A DNA stretch of 64,000 nt, from positions 79,101 to 143,100 of the IMG/VR virus record IMGVR_UViG_3300026549_000041. One strand, 5' to 3'. Positions 18,581-27,425 of the stretch are shown piece after piece; the first letter of the stretch is position 1; each line of letters starts with the position of its first letter. Under the pieces are notes generated by a model. That model saw nothing but the letters and a program-made list of their open reading frames with translations, had not been told where the DNA came from and made no database searches. The stretch comes from a virus (lineage: Duplodnaviria > Caudoviricetes). The translations under genes were made by a program, and so were the position numbers.

Positions 18581-19729
18581 ATGCCTACAAAAAATATTAA
18601 AATTATTGTAGGTTCAAATTACGGTGATGAGGGCAAAGGATTAACTACAGATTATTTTTGTAATCCTTCTGAGAAATGGCTTGGTGTATTAACAAATGGC
18701 ACATCTCAAAGAGCACATACTGTTGATACAGTTGATGGTAAACATCATGTGTTTTCTCATTTTAGTTCTGGTACTTTCCAAGGTGCAGATACTTATATCA
18801 GTGAGCACTTTGCGATTAATCCAATTACTTTCGTCAATGAATATCTCACTCTACAAAATAAATTTGATATTACACCAAACGTATATATTCATCCAGACTG
18901 TAAAATTATTACCCCTTTTGATATTTTAGCTAATTTAACTGAAAGAGAACAATCTGGTCTTCATAATACATGTGGTAATGGTTTTTGGAAAACACTTGAA
19001 AGATATAATGAAGGTTATGGAATAGGTAGAATATCATTCTTTTATAAAAAGAATGAGTTTTGGATGGAATATTTAAATAATATAGAAGAGTATTATAAAT
19101 ACAAATTAAAAAATATTGATTTAAATTTTAATGGTATTAAAGCACATTTTATAAATGACCTACAATTTGTATTAGACCATTCTTTCATAATTGGAGATGA
19201 AATTTTAAAAATATATTCAAATATCATTTTTGAAAATGGCCAAGGATTATTAATTGGAAGACAAAGTTCAAGAGTTGATTGGGATTTTTGTACACCGTCT
19301 AATACAGGAATGAAATATGCATATAATATAATTGAAAATAATATAATTAATGCAAATGTAGAAGTGTGTTATGTATCAAGAACTTATTTAACTAGACATG
19401 GTGATGGAGAACTGATTAATGAGTGTGGAGTAGAAGATATTAATAAATCAATTATTGACTATACTAATATTCCCAATGCATGTCAGGGCAGTTTAAGATT
19501 TTCTTGTTTTAATGATGAACAATTAATAAATAGATTGTATGAAGATTGGGTAAATAATATTAGTCCACCTCATTATTTCCTTAGTAAAAATAATTATAAA
19601 TGTTCTTTAATGTTGACTCATTGGAATGAAAAACAAATTGAACTAGAAAACATAAAAATCTGTAATTTATTTAATGGTAAAATTTATATTTCAGATGGAA
19701 AGACGAAAGAATCGATAAGGAGTATATAA
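18581..19729 (+). CDS. adenylosuccinate synthetase-like protein (divergent PurA family)
   Basis: GSNYGDEGKG, AHTV, ENGQGLL, TPSNTG, RTYLTRHGDG. Confidence 0.8.
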   Translation: MPTKNIKIIVGSNYGDEGKGLTTDYFCNPSEKWLGVLTNGTSQRAHTVDTVDGKHHVFSHFSSGTFQGADTYISEHFAINPITFVNEYLTLQNKFDITPNVYIHPDCKIITPFDILANLTEREQSGLHNTCGNGFWKTLERYNEGYGIGRISFFYKKNEFWMEYLNNIEEYYKYKLKNIDLNFNGIKAHFINDLQFVLDHSFIIGDEILKIYSNIIFENGQGLLIGRQSSRVDWDFCTPSNTGMKYAYNIIENNIINANVEVCYVSRTYLTRHGDGELINECGVEDINKSIIDYTNIPNACQGSLRFSCFNDEQLINRLYEDWVNNISPPHYFLSKNNYKCSLMLTHWNEKQIELENIKICNLFNGKIYISDGKTKESIRSI

Positions 19730-19734
19730 AATAT

Positions 19735-20013
19735 ATGTTTGAACTTTTAAAATTTGCAAATGAAAAGAAAGTAAATGTAAATATCAAAGTAATGGATGGC
19801 TCATATAGACCACTAGTTGGAGAAGTAATTAATATTATAACTTTTTCTAATGTAGACAATCCTTCTAAGACCAAGCAGGTAACAATTCTTAAAACTGATT
19901 CTGATATTAATATCAAAAATAAAATTATAACTGCTTTTAATTCAGTAGTTGAAAGAGATACTAGTTATTCTGAAATGATGAAAGCTCGTGAAGAGTTCTT
20001 TAGAGGACTTTAA
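19735..20013 (+). CDS. hypothetical protein
   Basis: AAGGAG RBS; ORF in operon. Confidence 0.55.
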   Translation: MFELLKFANEKKVNVNIKVMDGSYRPLVGEVINIITFSNVDNPSKTKQVTILKTDSDINIKNKIITAFNSVVERDTSYSEMMKAREEFFRGL

Positions 20014-20033
20014 TTTAGAAAGGAGTAAAATGA

Positions 20034-20255
20034 TTGATTAAAGATGGTACAGAAGTATTGGCAGTTTGTAACGCAATAACAGCAAAACATTTATTATCTA
20101 ATGATACTACAGGACATTTTTTCGATGTTTTGGTTATTACTTCTGTAATTGAAGGCGAGGAAGTAATTGTAATTCCTAAAGATGAATTCCTTTATTATCT
20201 TGAGCATGGCTGTTCTGATGTTCTGATTTTATTGGTGAATGAGGCATTAAAATGA
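20034..20255 (+). CDS. hypothetical protein
   Basis: AAGGAG RBS; TTG start. Confidence 0.5.
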   Translation: MIKDGTEVLAVCNAITAKHLLSNDTTGHFFDVLVITSVIEGEEVIVIPKDEFLYYLEHGCSDVLILLVNEALK

Positions 20256-20713
20256 TAATAAAAGAAGTTAAAAAAGACCTATTTACAGTTTCAGATGATT
20301 ATGCATTGGTACATTGTATCAGTGCAGATTTTAAACTAGGTGCTGGAATTGCTAAAAAATTCGATGAATTATTTGACGTACGTCAAAAACTTTTTAATGT
20401 GTTCCCCGAATCTTGGATACCAAGATGGGACAAAACGCAAGAAAGATTCAGAGGCGGTTCGATTATTCTATTTAGTGACTACACATTTTTTAATCTTGTT
20501 ACTAAACGCAACTATTGGGATAAACCGACATTAACAGCAATTGAAAACGCTTTAGTCTGGATGAAAGAACAATGCGAAGACCATTATATAACCAAACTTG
20601 CAATGCCACGCATAGGATGTGGGCTAGACAAACAAAACTGGTCTGATGTTAAACAATTAATCGAAAAGGTTTTTGCAGATACAGATATTGAAATTGTGGT
20701 ATGTAGTTTATAG
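20252..20713 (+). CDS. macrodomain protein, TARG1/DarG-like ADP-ribosyl hydrolase
   Basis: DLF...LVHCISADFKLGAGIAKKF, FNLVTK, AMPRIGCGLD..W. Confidence 0.82.
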   Translation: MIIKEVKKDLFTVSDDYALVHCISADFKLGAGIAKKFDELFDVRQKLFNVFPESWIPRWDKTQERFRGGSIILFSDYTFFNLVTKRNYWDKPTLTAIENALVWMKEQCEDHYITKLAMPRIGCGLDKQNWSDVKQLIEKVFADTDIEIVVCSL

Positions 20714-20722
20714 GAGAATATT

Positions 20723-21184
20723 ATGAAACAAATTATCATAGTTCGTAAAGATTTAAATATGTCTAAAGGTAAAATGGCTGCTCAAGTTGCTCATGCAAGT
20801 ATGGCATTCTTAACTAATGCGATAAAACATGGTGTTTGTGGAACAATGACAGATTTGTATGTTTCTCCAATAAATTATTATAAATGTTCTCTTTACATTC
20901 CGGAAGATATTTATAAAGAATGGATTTGCGGTTCATTCACAAAAATAATTCTTGAAGCCAAAAACAAGCATCAATTAGAAAAGGTGTATAAAATCGCTGA
21001 AGAAATAGGGCTTGAAGAGGGCGTTGATTATTTTCCTATAAAAGATAACTGCTATACAGAACTTGAGCCTGAAGAAGTTGACGAAAACGGTGTTGGAAGA
21101 ACACTAACTTGTGTCGGATTTATTCCATTAAAGGATGAGATTGCCAATAAAATTAGTAAAAAATATCAACTATATAAAGATTAA
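20723..21184 (+). CDS. peptidyl-tRNA hydrolase, Pth2 family
   Basis: KQIIIVRKDLNMSKGKMAAQVAHAS, KIIL, IKDNCYTEL, TLTCVGF. Confidence 0.88.
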   Translation: MKQIIIVRKDLNMSKGKMAAQVAHASMAFLTNAIKHGVCGTMTDLYVSPINYYKCSLYIPEDIYKEWICGSFTKIILEAKNKHQLEKVYKIAEEIGLEEGVDYFPIKDNCYTELEPEEVDENGVGRTLTCVGFIPLKDEIANKISKKYQLYKD

Positions 21185-21193
21185 GGAGAATAT

Positions 21194-21349
21194 ATGAACG
21201 AAACAATTAAGATAGTAGCGCAGTGCATCTTACTAATTCCAACAATTGCAACAATAGGAGCATTTTGGTTTTTAGTATTTTCAACAATTATTAATGGGAC
21301 TTTTCCTAAAAAAATAACTGATAAAGAAATTGAGGATAAAACAAAATGA
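21194..21349 (+). CDS. small membrane protein, not in ORF track
   Basis: AAGGAG RBS; MNETIKIVAQCILLIPTIATIGAFWFLVF... Confidence 0.55.
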   Translation: MNETIKIVAQCILLIPTIATIGAFWFLVFSTIINGTFPKKITDKEIEDKTK

Positions 21350-21483
21350 AAAATGTAATAACTGCTTTAATGACTGCGCATCTTATTTGTTATATGAATC
21401 AAAAAGAATTAATAGATGGAATCCCAAGTTTGGCTATTGCCATAGTTCTTGGAATTATATTAGTAATTAGTGATTATAGTTAA
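21346..21483 (+). CDS. small membrane protein, not in ORF track
   Basis: ATGA overlap with upstream ORF; hydrophobic AIAIVLGIILVIS. Confidence 0.5.
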   Translation: MKNVITALMTAHLICYMNQKELIDGIPSLAIAIVLGIILVISDYS

Positions 21484-21500
21484 AGGAGTAAATAATATAT

Positions 21501-21752
21501 ATGGATGTAAAATTTAAAAGATTGAATGATTTAGCAAAGATTCCTACAAGAGGAAGTAAATTTTCAGCAGGATATGATTTGTATGCCGCTACTGACAAAG
21601 ATATTCAAATTCCTCCACATGCTACTGTAATGATTGGGACTGGTCTTGCAATGGAGCTTCCTGTTGGATGGTTTGGAGCAATCTTTGCAAGGTCTGGGAT
21701 TGCAACAAAAAGAGGATTGAGACCTGCTAACTGTGTTGGTGTCTGTGACGCT
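21501..21752 (+). CDS. dut: trimeric dUTPase exon 1
   Basis: SAGYDL (motif I), ARSGIA (motif II); ends GVCDA within motif III. Confidence 0.9.
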
Positions 21753-22651
21753 AAAGGAGATGATATGATTGGCACTAACACTAAAATGCGAATGGTGTGG
21801 TAAAGAATTTATTTGCTATCCTAAAAGATATAAAACGAGTAAACATCATTGTTGTTCAAAAGAATGTATGAATAATTTGCAAAAGCAAATTAGAGAAAGT
21901 AATCCTGATTATTTAAACTGCGTTTGTGATATATGTGGTAAAAAATTTCATGTTAAACCATCACAAAAAATGAGATATAAACATATATCTTGTTCAAAAG
22001 AATGCGATGCTGAATATAAAAGAATAAGAATGTCTGGAGAAAATAATCATCAATATGGTTTAAGAAAAGAATTAAACGCCTCATGGAAAGGTGGTAAAAG
22101 AGTTAGTTCTTATGGCTATTATTTAATATATATACCAGAGCATCCTTTCTGTAATGGAGATGGTTGTGTTTTTGAACATAGACTTGTTGCGGAAAAATAT
22201 TTATTAAATGATGAAAATTCAGTTATTGTAGATGGGAAAAGATATCTTAGTCCAGAATACGATGTTCATCATATAGATGAAAATAGATTAAACAATGATG
22301 TTTCAAATTTAAAAGTAATGCTAAAAGGAGAGCATGTGAGATTACATAATCTTGCTAGAAAACAAGAAAGAAATGACAAAGGTCAATTCATTGCGAAAGA
22401 ATAATTGGCGTCAGAAAATTGCGGGATTAAGCGGGAAGGCTAAGTTAACATGTATATAAAATAACATGATAATATGCTAATCCGAACCGAAGGCTATAAT
22501 TATTATAGTCAGGGGCAGAGCATAGGTAGTGAAAAGATATAATCTACCCACGAGACCGCAACTATACAAGATAATGTATAGAAAAGATATGCCGAACTTA
22601 TAGGAAACTATAAGAACTACAGGATAAAAAGCCAGTAGGATAACATAATTG
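21753..22651 (+). mobile_element. group I intron dut-I (899 nt) with HNH ORF in the P1 loop
   Basis: Exon end TGACGCU pairs with IGS GGCGTCA (~22407) with a G-U at the splice site. ATAATT pairs with exon-2 GATTAT (P10). GCATA/TATGC P7; terminal G. Splicing gives GVCDA|DYRNE. Confidence 0.88.
21769..22404 (+). CDS. intron-encoded HNH homing endonuclease with two Zn-ribbon repeats
   Basis: CEWCGK..CCSKEC and CDICGK..CSKEC repeats; EHRLVAE...VHHIDENRLNNDVSNL...H. Confidence 0.82.
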   Translation: MALTLKCEWCGKEFICYPKRYKTSKHHCCSKECMNNLQKQIRESNPDYLNCVCDICGKKFHVKPSQKMRYKHISCSKECDAEYKRIRMSGENNHQYGLRKELNASWKGGKRVSSYGYYLIYIPEHPFCNGDGCVFEHRLVAEKYLLNDENSVIVDGKRYLSPEYDVHHIDENRLNNDVSNLKVMLKGEHVRLHNLARKQERNDKGQFIAKE

Positions 22652-22837
22652 GATTATCGTAATGAATATATTGTAGCTCTTCATAATGATACTACTGAGA
22701 CAAAAACAGTTCAGGCAGGAGAGCGTATTGCCCAGTTAATTCTTCTTCCTTATCAAACAATTGATTTTAAAGAAGTGGATGAACTTGATGAGACGGAACG
22801 TGGCGTTGGCGGATTCGGATCTAGTGGAGAGAAGTAA
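22652..22837 (+). CDS. dut: dUTPase exon 2 (spliced product 145 aa)
   Basis: DYRNE, GERIAQL (motif IV), RGVGGFGSSG (motif V). Confidence 0.9.
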   Translation, partial: DYRNEYIVALHNDTTETKTVQAGERIAQLILLPYQTIDFKEVDELDETERGVGGFGSSGEK

Positions 22838-22839
22838 TA

Positions 22840-23082
22840 ATGCCGAAATTTGATTATACAGATATACCATATAAACCAAAGATGAGCAGAAGAGAAGCGA
22901 TAGTAATACTGAATGATTATAGAAGCATTATCACGAATTCTGATTTTAAAGAGGCGTGTGAAGTTGCGATTTCCGAACTGGAAAAACAAGAAGATATTAT
23001 TATAAGAAACATCGAACTGACTGAATTGTGCAGTAAACTTACAAATATTCTTTCAGAGAACAAAGATACTAAGGAGAGTTAA
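22840..23082 (+). CDS. hypothetical protein
   Basis: ORF in operon. Confidence 0.55.
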   Translation: MPKFDYTDIPYKPKMSRREAIVILNDYRSIITNSDFKEACEVAISELEKQEDIIIRNIELTELCSKLTNILSENKDTKES

Positions 23083-23729
23083 TGTATACAGATATAACTG
23101 TCACATTTTATGAAAAAGTTATCAACAAAGAACTACCATTAGTAAACATCAATTATATATTTAATGGCAGTCCAATTGATTTTGCCCAAGAGATGTGCGA
23201 TTGGCTTTCGGATAAAACAATTACTACAGCCAATTTTGATGTAGATTCTATTGATGTAGCCAATGGATGTGGTTGTCTAGTGGCGCAGTATATAAAAAGT
23301 CATAAGAGTGGATTTGGCGAAATGTATATTATCCCCTTTGATAAGACGTTTTATAAACACGCAAAGTTTAATTATCACATAATTATTGATGGGGATTTAT
23401 CAAAACTGTCATGCGTTGCAAATGGAATCACGACGATTAGAATGACCAAATTTGGCGGAAGCGTTCTTTTTGAGGGGAGTCCAAATGATTTACTCAAATA
23501 TATCAATAAACTAAATGATAAATATGGGACATTAATGAGTGCTAAAGAAATTCATAACCCAACCTATGAAGAAATTATACAGATGATGGACAGACACATC
23601 TCAGAACTTAAAACTCTTATGAAAACAGATCCTTTAACGGCGAAAGAATTGGCGATGCAATCTCTTATCGCAACTGGCATGTGGGATGAATACGGACACT
23701 ATATTGGATTGGAGAAGTTAAACGAATGA
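23082..23729 (+). CDS. hypothetical phage protein
   Basis: AAGGAG RBS; NGCGCLVAQ motif. Confidence 0.6.
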   Translation: MYTDITVTFYEKVINKELPLVNINYIFNGSPIDFAQEMCDWLSDKTITTANFDVDSIDVANGCGCLVAQYIKSHKSGFGEMYIIPFDKTFYKHAKFNYHIIIDGDLSKLSCVANGITTIRMTKFGGSVLFEGSPNDLLKYINKLNDKYGTLMSAKEIHNPTYEEIIQMMDRHISELKTLMKTDPLTAKELAMQSLIATGMWDEYGHYIGLEKLNE

Positions 23730-24481
23730 CAGAAAAACAAGCGGTAGAAGTTATGGAGAGAGCGAGAGATAGTGGTTCTCCTCTCCCCAATATTGTTGAG
23801 TATTCTGAGGCACTCAGAAAGACTTATGAAGTTTTAGGAAGTAATTATACAGAGGAACAGTTAAATAATTGGATTCTTTGTGGTAAGTATCCTTTTCTTA
23901 TTCCTAGATATGATTGGAGTGGGGAAATTATAGAAGATTACGATTACACATCTACATATCTTGATGATATTCCAATAGGCTGGAAGATTGCATTTGGGGA
24001 AATGATGTGTGAAGAAATTAAACAGGAACTTATAAGATGTAATTATCTTGATGAATTTAGAATTATACAAGCGAAAGAAAAATTTGGCGGTTTAAGAATA
24101 TATACTAATGGTGAGCCAATAGGTTGTAAAGTTCAAGAGATTATAGACAAGTATTCGACTTTATCTGAAAACATTTGTATTATCTGTGGCAAACCAGATG
24201 TTCCGATAACAAACAGTGGATGGATTAGCCCTTATTGTAAGAAATGTTTTACGACTCCAAACGATTGGTATAAAAAAGAATTTCCAAACGAAGTTGATAA
24301 ATGGATTAAAAACCACCTTGAAGATTGGGAAGAATATAACAAAGAAGAAAACAATAAAATGGTTGATTCTTATACCGTTAAAAGTTGGTCTAAAGAGTGC
24401 GGTGAGAAAACAACTACATACAATATCTCAGAAACTGCTAATAAAATTAGAGCAAAGTGGAAAAATGAACATATTAAATAA
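23726..24481 (+). CDS. hypothetical phage protein with Zn-finger
   Basis: QAKEKFGGLRIY...ICIICGKP...YCKKC. Confidence 0.65.
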   Translation: MTEKQAVEVMERARDSGSPLPNIVEYSEALRKTYEVLGSNYTEEQLNNWILCGKYPFLIPRYDWSGEIIEDYDYTSTYLDDIPIGWKIAFGEMMCEEIKQELIRCNYLDEFRIIQAKEKFGGLRIYTNGEPIGCKVQEIIDKYSTLSENICIICGKPDVPITNSGWISPYCKKCFTTPNDWYKKEFPNEVDKWIKNHLEDWEEYNKEENNKMVDSYTVKSWSKECGEKTTTYNISETANKIRAKWKNEHIK

Positions 24482-24656
24482 ACTAATTTCATTATTTTTA
24501 AATAATAAAAAAGCGGTTACCAATACTGTCTGTTGTTCTGGTTGTAAACATTTGTTTTACTGGAATGATGGCAGTGTTGGATGTGATATTGAAAAAGAAT
24601 ATATCTGTATACCAAATGGTTTTATCTATAGAGAGGAGTCAAAAAATGATTCATAA
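24465..24656 (+). CDS. small Cys-rich hypothetical protein
   Basis: CCSGCKH...C...C; start reassigned to ATG 24465. Confidence 0.5.
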   Translation: MNILNKLISLFLNNKKAVTNTVCCSGCKHLFYWNDGSVGCDIEKEYICIPNGFIYREESKNDS

Positions 24657-25062
24657 AAATAGAGGCAATAGACGCTGGATGGATAAGCGTAAAAGAAGAA
24701 GTAAATATAATCTTTGTCAGAGGATTTGGGGAGACGCTATGTACTTCCTTGATGGTATTCTTGGTAAATATGACAAGGGTAAAATTCATGATATTGACCA
24801 TGCTGAAAAAACAAATGGTAAGGTTGCAGTAAAGAATGGTAAAGACAATGTTTCACGAGTAGGCACTCTTGGCAGACTTGGTAAGAACTACTCTCACTCC
24901 GATAAAAAGAAAATTGAAAGTTGTAATGATAAACTTAAAAACTATGAAGATGAATCTGAGTGGGAGAAGGTCGATGCAATAATCGGTACTGATGATAGTG
25001 AATCTTATTACGAATGTGTGGCAGAGAATAGTGGAGAAGCAAATGACGAATTATGGAGATAA
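24646..25062 (+). CDS. hypothetical protein
   Basis: GAGGAG RBS; start reassigned to 24646. Confidence 0.55.
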   Translation: MIHKNRGNRRWMDKRKRRSKYNLCQRIWGDAMYFLDGILGKYDKGKIHDIDHAEKTNGKVAVKNGKDNVSRVGTLGRLGKNYSHSDKKKIESCNDKLKNYEDESEWEKVDAIIGTDDSESYYECVAENSGEANDELWR

Positions 25063-25210
25063 TGAAATAAAACAATGTTGTAAGTGCGGTCGCTATATGC
25101 GTTTTAATATTAAATACATTAATGGAAGACCATTCGTAGGGTGGGAATGTGTTTGTGGATACAATGAACCTGTTATTAAGATTTTTTATTCAAATCGGAC
25201 AATCAAATAA
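25043..25210 (+). CDS. small Zn-ribbon protein
   Basis: CCKCGRYM...WECVCGY. Confidence 0.5.
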   Translation: MTNYGDNEIKQCCKCGRYMRFNIKYINGRPFVGWECVCGYNEPVIKIFYSNRTIK

Positions 25211-25228
25211 TACGTATAAGGAGAATAA

Positions 25229-25651
25229 ATGAAATATCCAAATTTAGAATTGATTGAATATATAACAGATAATCTTGCTGTAGAAACTTTTGATACTTTA
25301 TATAATTCTTACACTCATCGATTTAAGATGTATGTGTTTCCTCAGACTTGGAGTTCAACCGCACTTGGATTTAGTGGATGTGGTGGACAGGCGATAACCG
25401 AAGCGTACACAACGGTTGTCGAAATGAGTTGGGATTATATAAATAAAACTGATGATATAAGAGGATTAAACCTTACAGAATCAAAAGATAGAATTTATGC
25501 AGTATTCTTTGATGGTAAGTTTGCATATATGTATCTGAATCCCAGTGAACAGTTTTTTAAAGATTTAAATAATAGATTTATGGAATCTCAAAAAGGGTCG
25601 CAAATATATGATGAAGATTATACTGGTAATGAACGATTATCCTTTTCATAA
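25229..25651 (+). CDS. hypothetical phage protein
   Basis: FPQTWSSTALGF.G.GGQAIT.AYT motif; AAGGAG RBS. Confidence 0.65.
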   Translation: MKYPNLELIEYITDNLAVETFDTLYNSYTHRFKMYVFPQTWSSTALGFSGCGGQAITEAYTTVVEMSWDYINKTDDIRGLNLTESKDRIYAVFFDGKFAYMYLNPSEQFFKDLNNRFMESQKGSQIYDEDYTGNERLSFS

Positions 25652-25736
25652 TTATATTTGTAGTGTAACAGGATTAACATGTTGTGGATGTTCTTTGTAT
25701 TGTGAACATAGGAGAGAAAAAGATGACAAAGAATGA
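25629..25736 (+). CDS. possible 35-aa Cys-rich microprotein
   Basis: MNDYPFHNYICSVTGLTCCGCSLYCEHR... fills the gap between genes. Confidence 0.35.
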   Translation: MNDYPFHNYICSVTGLTCCGCSLYCEHRREKDDKE

Positions 25737-25917
25737 ATTATTCATAACCATAATTTGGGGAATAGTAGCATTAATACTGGGTATTTTTACATTTTATATA
25801 TGTCTTGAAATGATAATTATGGGCATACAATATGGTGATATTTTAAGTATTATATCTGGAATTCCATTATCTATTATAACTTTTGGTCTTTTATGCGAAG
25901 ATTTATTCATGTTATGA
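25723..25917 (+). CDS. small membrane protein
   Basis: AGGAG RBS; two hydrophobic segments. Confidence 0.55.
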   Translation: MTKNELFITIIWGIVALILGIFTFYICLEMIIMGIQYGDILSIISGIPLSIITFGLLCEDLFML

Positions 25918-25932
25918 ACATAGAAGAGAAGA

Positions 25933-26157
25933 ATGAATGACGAGTATGTGGAACAAATCCTCAAAAATCAGTTAGCAATTATGAATGTATTATATAATAT
26001 GTATTTACCAACAGTCTCACAATATCATTGTGGAAGCGTAGAGAGAACGATTGCGACTGATAACGGTAATAGGCTTATATATAATATTGAACAGACTGTA
26101 AATCTACTTGGAAGAATGCACAATGAAGACATCAATAGAACAAATAAAAAAGATTAG
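25933..26157 (+). CDS. hypothetical protein
   Basis: ORF in operon. Confidence 0.5.
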   Translation: MNDEYVEQILKNQLAIMNVLYNMYLPTVSQYHCGSVERTIATDNGNRLIYNIEQTVNLLGRMHNEDINRTNKKD

Positions 26158-26473
26158 AAATCAATACGGCTTCCCCATATGGTTAATTAATGAAGCTTTA
26201 AAATATTATAACAATGATGAAGATAAAACCGTTAAAAGATTAAAAGAAATATATTGTGCCGCTGGAGACCACCCAGATATTTATATAAAAAGAAGTATTG
26301 AAAAATTCATGAAAGAAATAAAACATCAAAAGGCTGAAGATAAAATTGATGAGATAAGATTATATCTTGATAACAATTTACATCCACTTGTTAGTCCAAA
26401 TAATTGGCAAGTATATTCTGATTTAGTTGATATGATAGATGAATTGGGCGAGTTGATTGAAGAAAATGGATAG
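26123..26473 (+). CDS. hypothetical protein with EF-Ts N-terminal (UBA-like) resemblance
   Basis: IEQIKKIRNQYG...INEALKYYNNDEDKTVKRLKE resembles the EF-Ts VKELRERTG...CKKAL..ANGD.EKA...L pattern. Confidence 0.45.
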   Translation: MKTSIEQIKKIRNQYGFPIWLINEALKYYNNDEDKTVKRLKEIYCAAGDHPDIYIKRSIEKFMKEIKHQKAEDKIDEIRLYLDNNLHPLVSPNNWQVYSDLVDMIDELGELIEENG

Positions 26474-26486
26474 GAGAGAATAATAT

Positions 26487-27173
26487 ATGAGTATAACAAT
26501 AACTGCACAACAAAAGCAAGAAGTATTTGAACCAATGTTCAAGAATTTTGAGACAGAAGAAATCTTAGAATATTTTAAAGAAGTGGTAACTAAAATACCA
26601 GATGCTATCTTTTATAAACCAGCAAGTAGTTCTGGAAAATATCATAATTCACAACAGATTGGTGAATATGGGCAATTAATTCATATTTATATGTTTTCTG
26701 ATATTCTTAATATGTTTCTGGATTTGGGATATAACAAACATAGATTTTCGAATCCAATTGAAAGGGATTTAATGAGATGTACTCCTGCATTGCATGATAT
26801 GTGTAAATATGGAATGGTTGGAAGTAGAACTCATACTACCAGTAAACACCCTCTTATGGCTAAAGAAAAATTAATTGAAATTAATAATCAAAAGAATTTC
26901 AATCATCCATTAAAGGAAGACCAGCTTAAAACATTATGTGAAATGTGCGAAAGACATTCTGGAGAATGGAATGTTTGGAAGGATAAACAAGCCTCTTATG
27001 GATATTGGGGAGATATTGGCGATGAAGTAACAACTGGAGAGATGGAAAAACCACAAAACGATAGAGACATATTGATTCATGAATGTGATATGTTAGCTTC
27101 CAGAACTTTTCTTACATATGTTATACCTGATGATTTGATTGAAAGATTTGAAAAGAACATCAAAATAAAATAA
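26487..27173 (+). CDS. HD-domain phosphohydrolase
   Basis: PASSSGKYH...H...ALHDMCKYG...H...RHSGEW...IHECDMLAS. Confidence 0.8.
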   Translation: MSITITAQQKQEVFEPMFKNFETEEILEYFKEVVTKIPDAIFYKPASSSGKYHNSQQIGEYGQLIHIYMFSDILNMFLDLGYNKHRFSNPIERDLMRCTPALHDMCKYGMVGSRTHTTSKHPLMAKEKLIEINNQKNFNHPLKEDQLKTLCEMCERHSGEWNVWKDKQASYGYWGDIGDEVTTGEMEKPQNDRDILIHECDMLASRTFLTYVIPDDLIERFEKNIKIK

Positions 27174-27197
27174 CCCAATATCCAATCTCTCCTTTCT

Positions 27198-27240
27198 AAA
27201 GGTAATCAAAGGTAATCATAAAAGTAATCAAAAATAATTA
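27198..27240. repeat. four phased direct repeats (G/A)(G/A)TAAT(C/T)A
   Basis: GGTAATCA at 27201 and 27211, AGTAATCA at 27223, AATAATTA at 27233; 10-12 bp spacing. Confidence 0.6.
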
Positions 27241-27244
27241 GTGT

Positions 27245-27273
27245 TTGACAAGAACAGACCACTATGATATTAT
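27245..27273 (+). promoter_or_regulatory. sigma-A promoter upstream of tRNA-like element
   Basis: TTGACA-17 nt-TATTAT with extended -10 TG. Confidence 0.65.
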
Positions 27274-27302
27274 ACATTTGTTGTCGCCAAGACAGCAAAT
27301 AA

Positions 27303-27362
27303 GCTGGCATAGCACAGTCGGTAGTGCGTCGCATTGGTAGTGCGGAGGTCACGAGTTCGATT
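27303..27362 (+). pseudogene. 3'-truncated/degenerate tRNA-Thr(GGT)
   Basis: Acceptor 5' strand GCTGGCA, D-arm GCAC/GTGC, anticodon arm TCGCA-TTGGTAG-TGCGG, ACGAG-TTCGATT. The expected 3' CTCGT-TGCCAGC is absent. Confidence 0.75.
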
Positions 27363-27425
27363 TTCTTTGTTCTGTTATTAATTGTATAAGCCAAAAAATC
27401 ACCTCCAAAAAAGTAAAAAAAAATA

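Noticed and set aside
18581-19729. PurZ / 2-aminoadenine (Z) genome pathway, with the HD protein at 26487 as DatZ
   Set aside because: The enzyme keeps the PurA-type Asp in GDEGKG, where PurZ has Ser. The HD gene is about 7 kb away and of a different motif type, and no MazZ is apparent.
27303-27380. Functional tRNA-Thr gene
   Set aside because: The 3' T-stem is mismatched and the acceptor 3' strand/CCA is missing.
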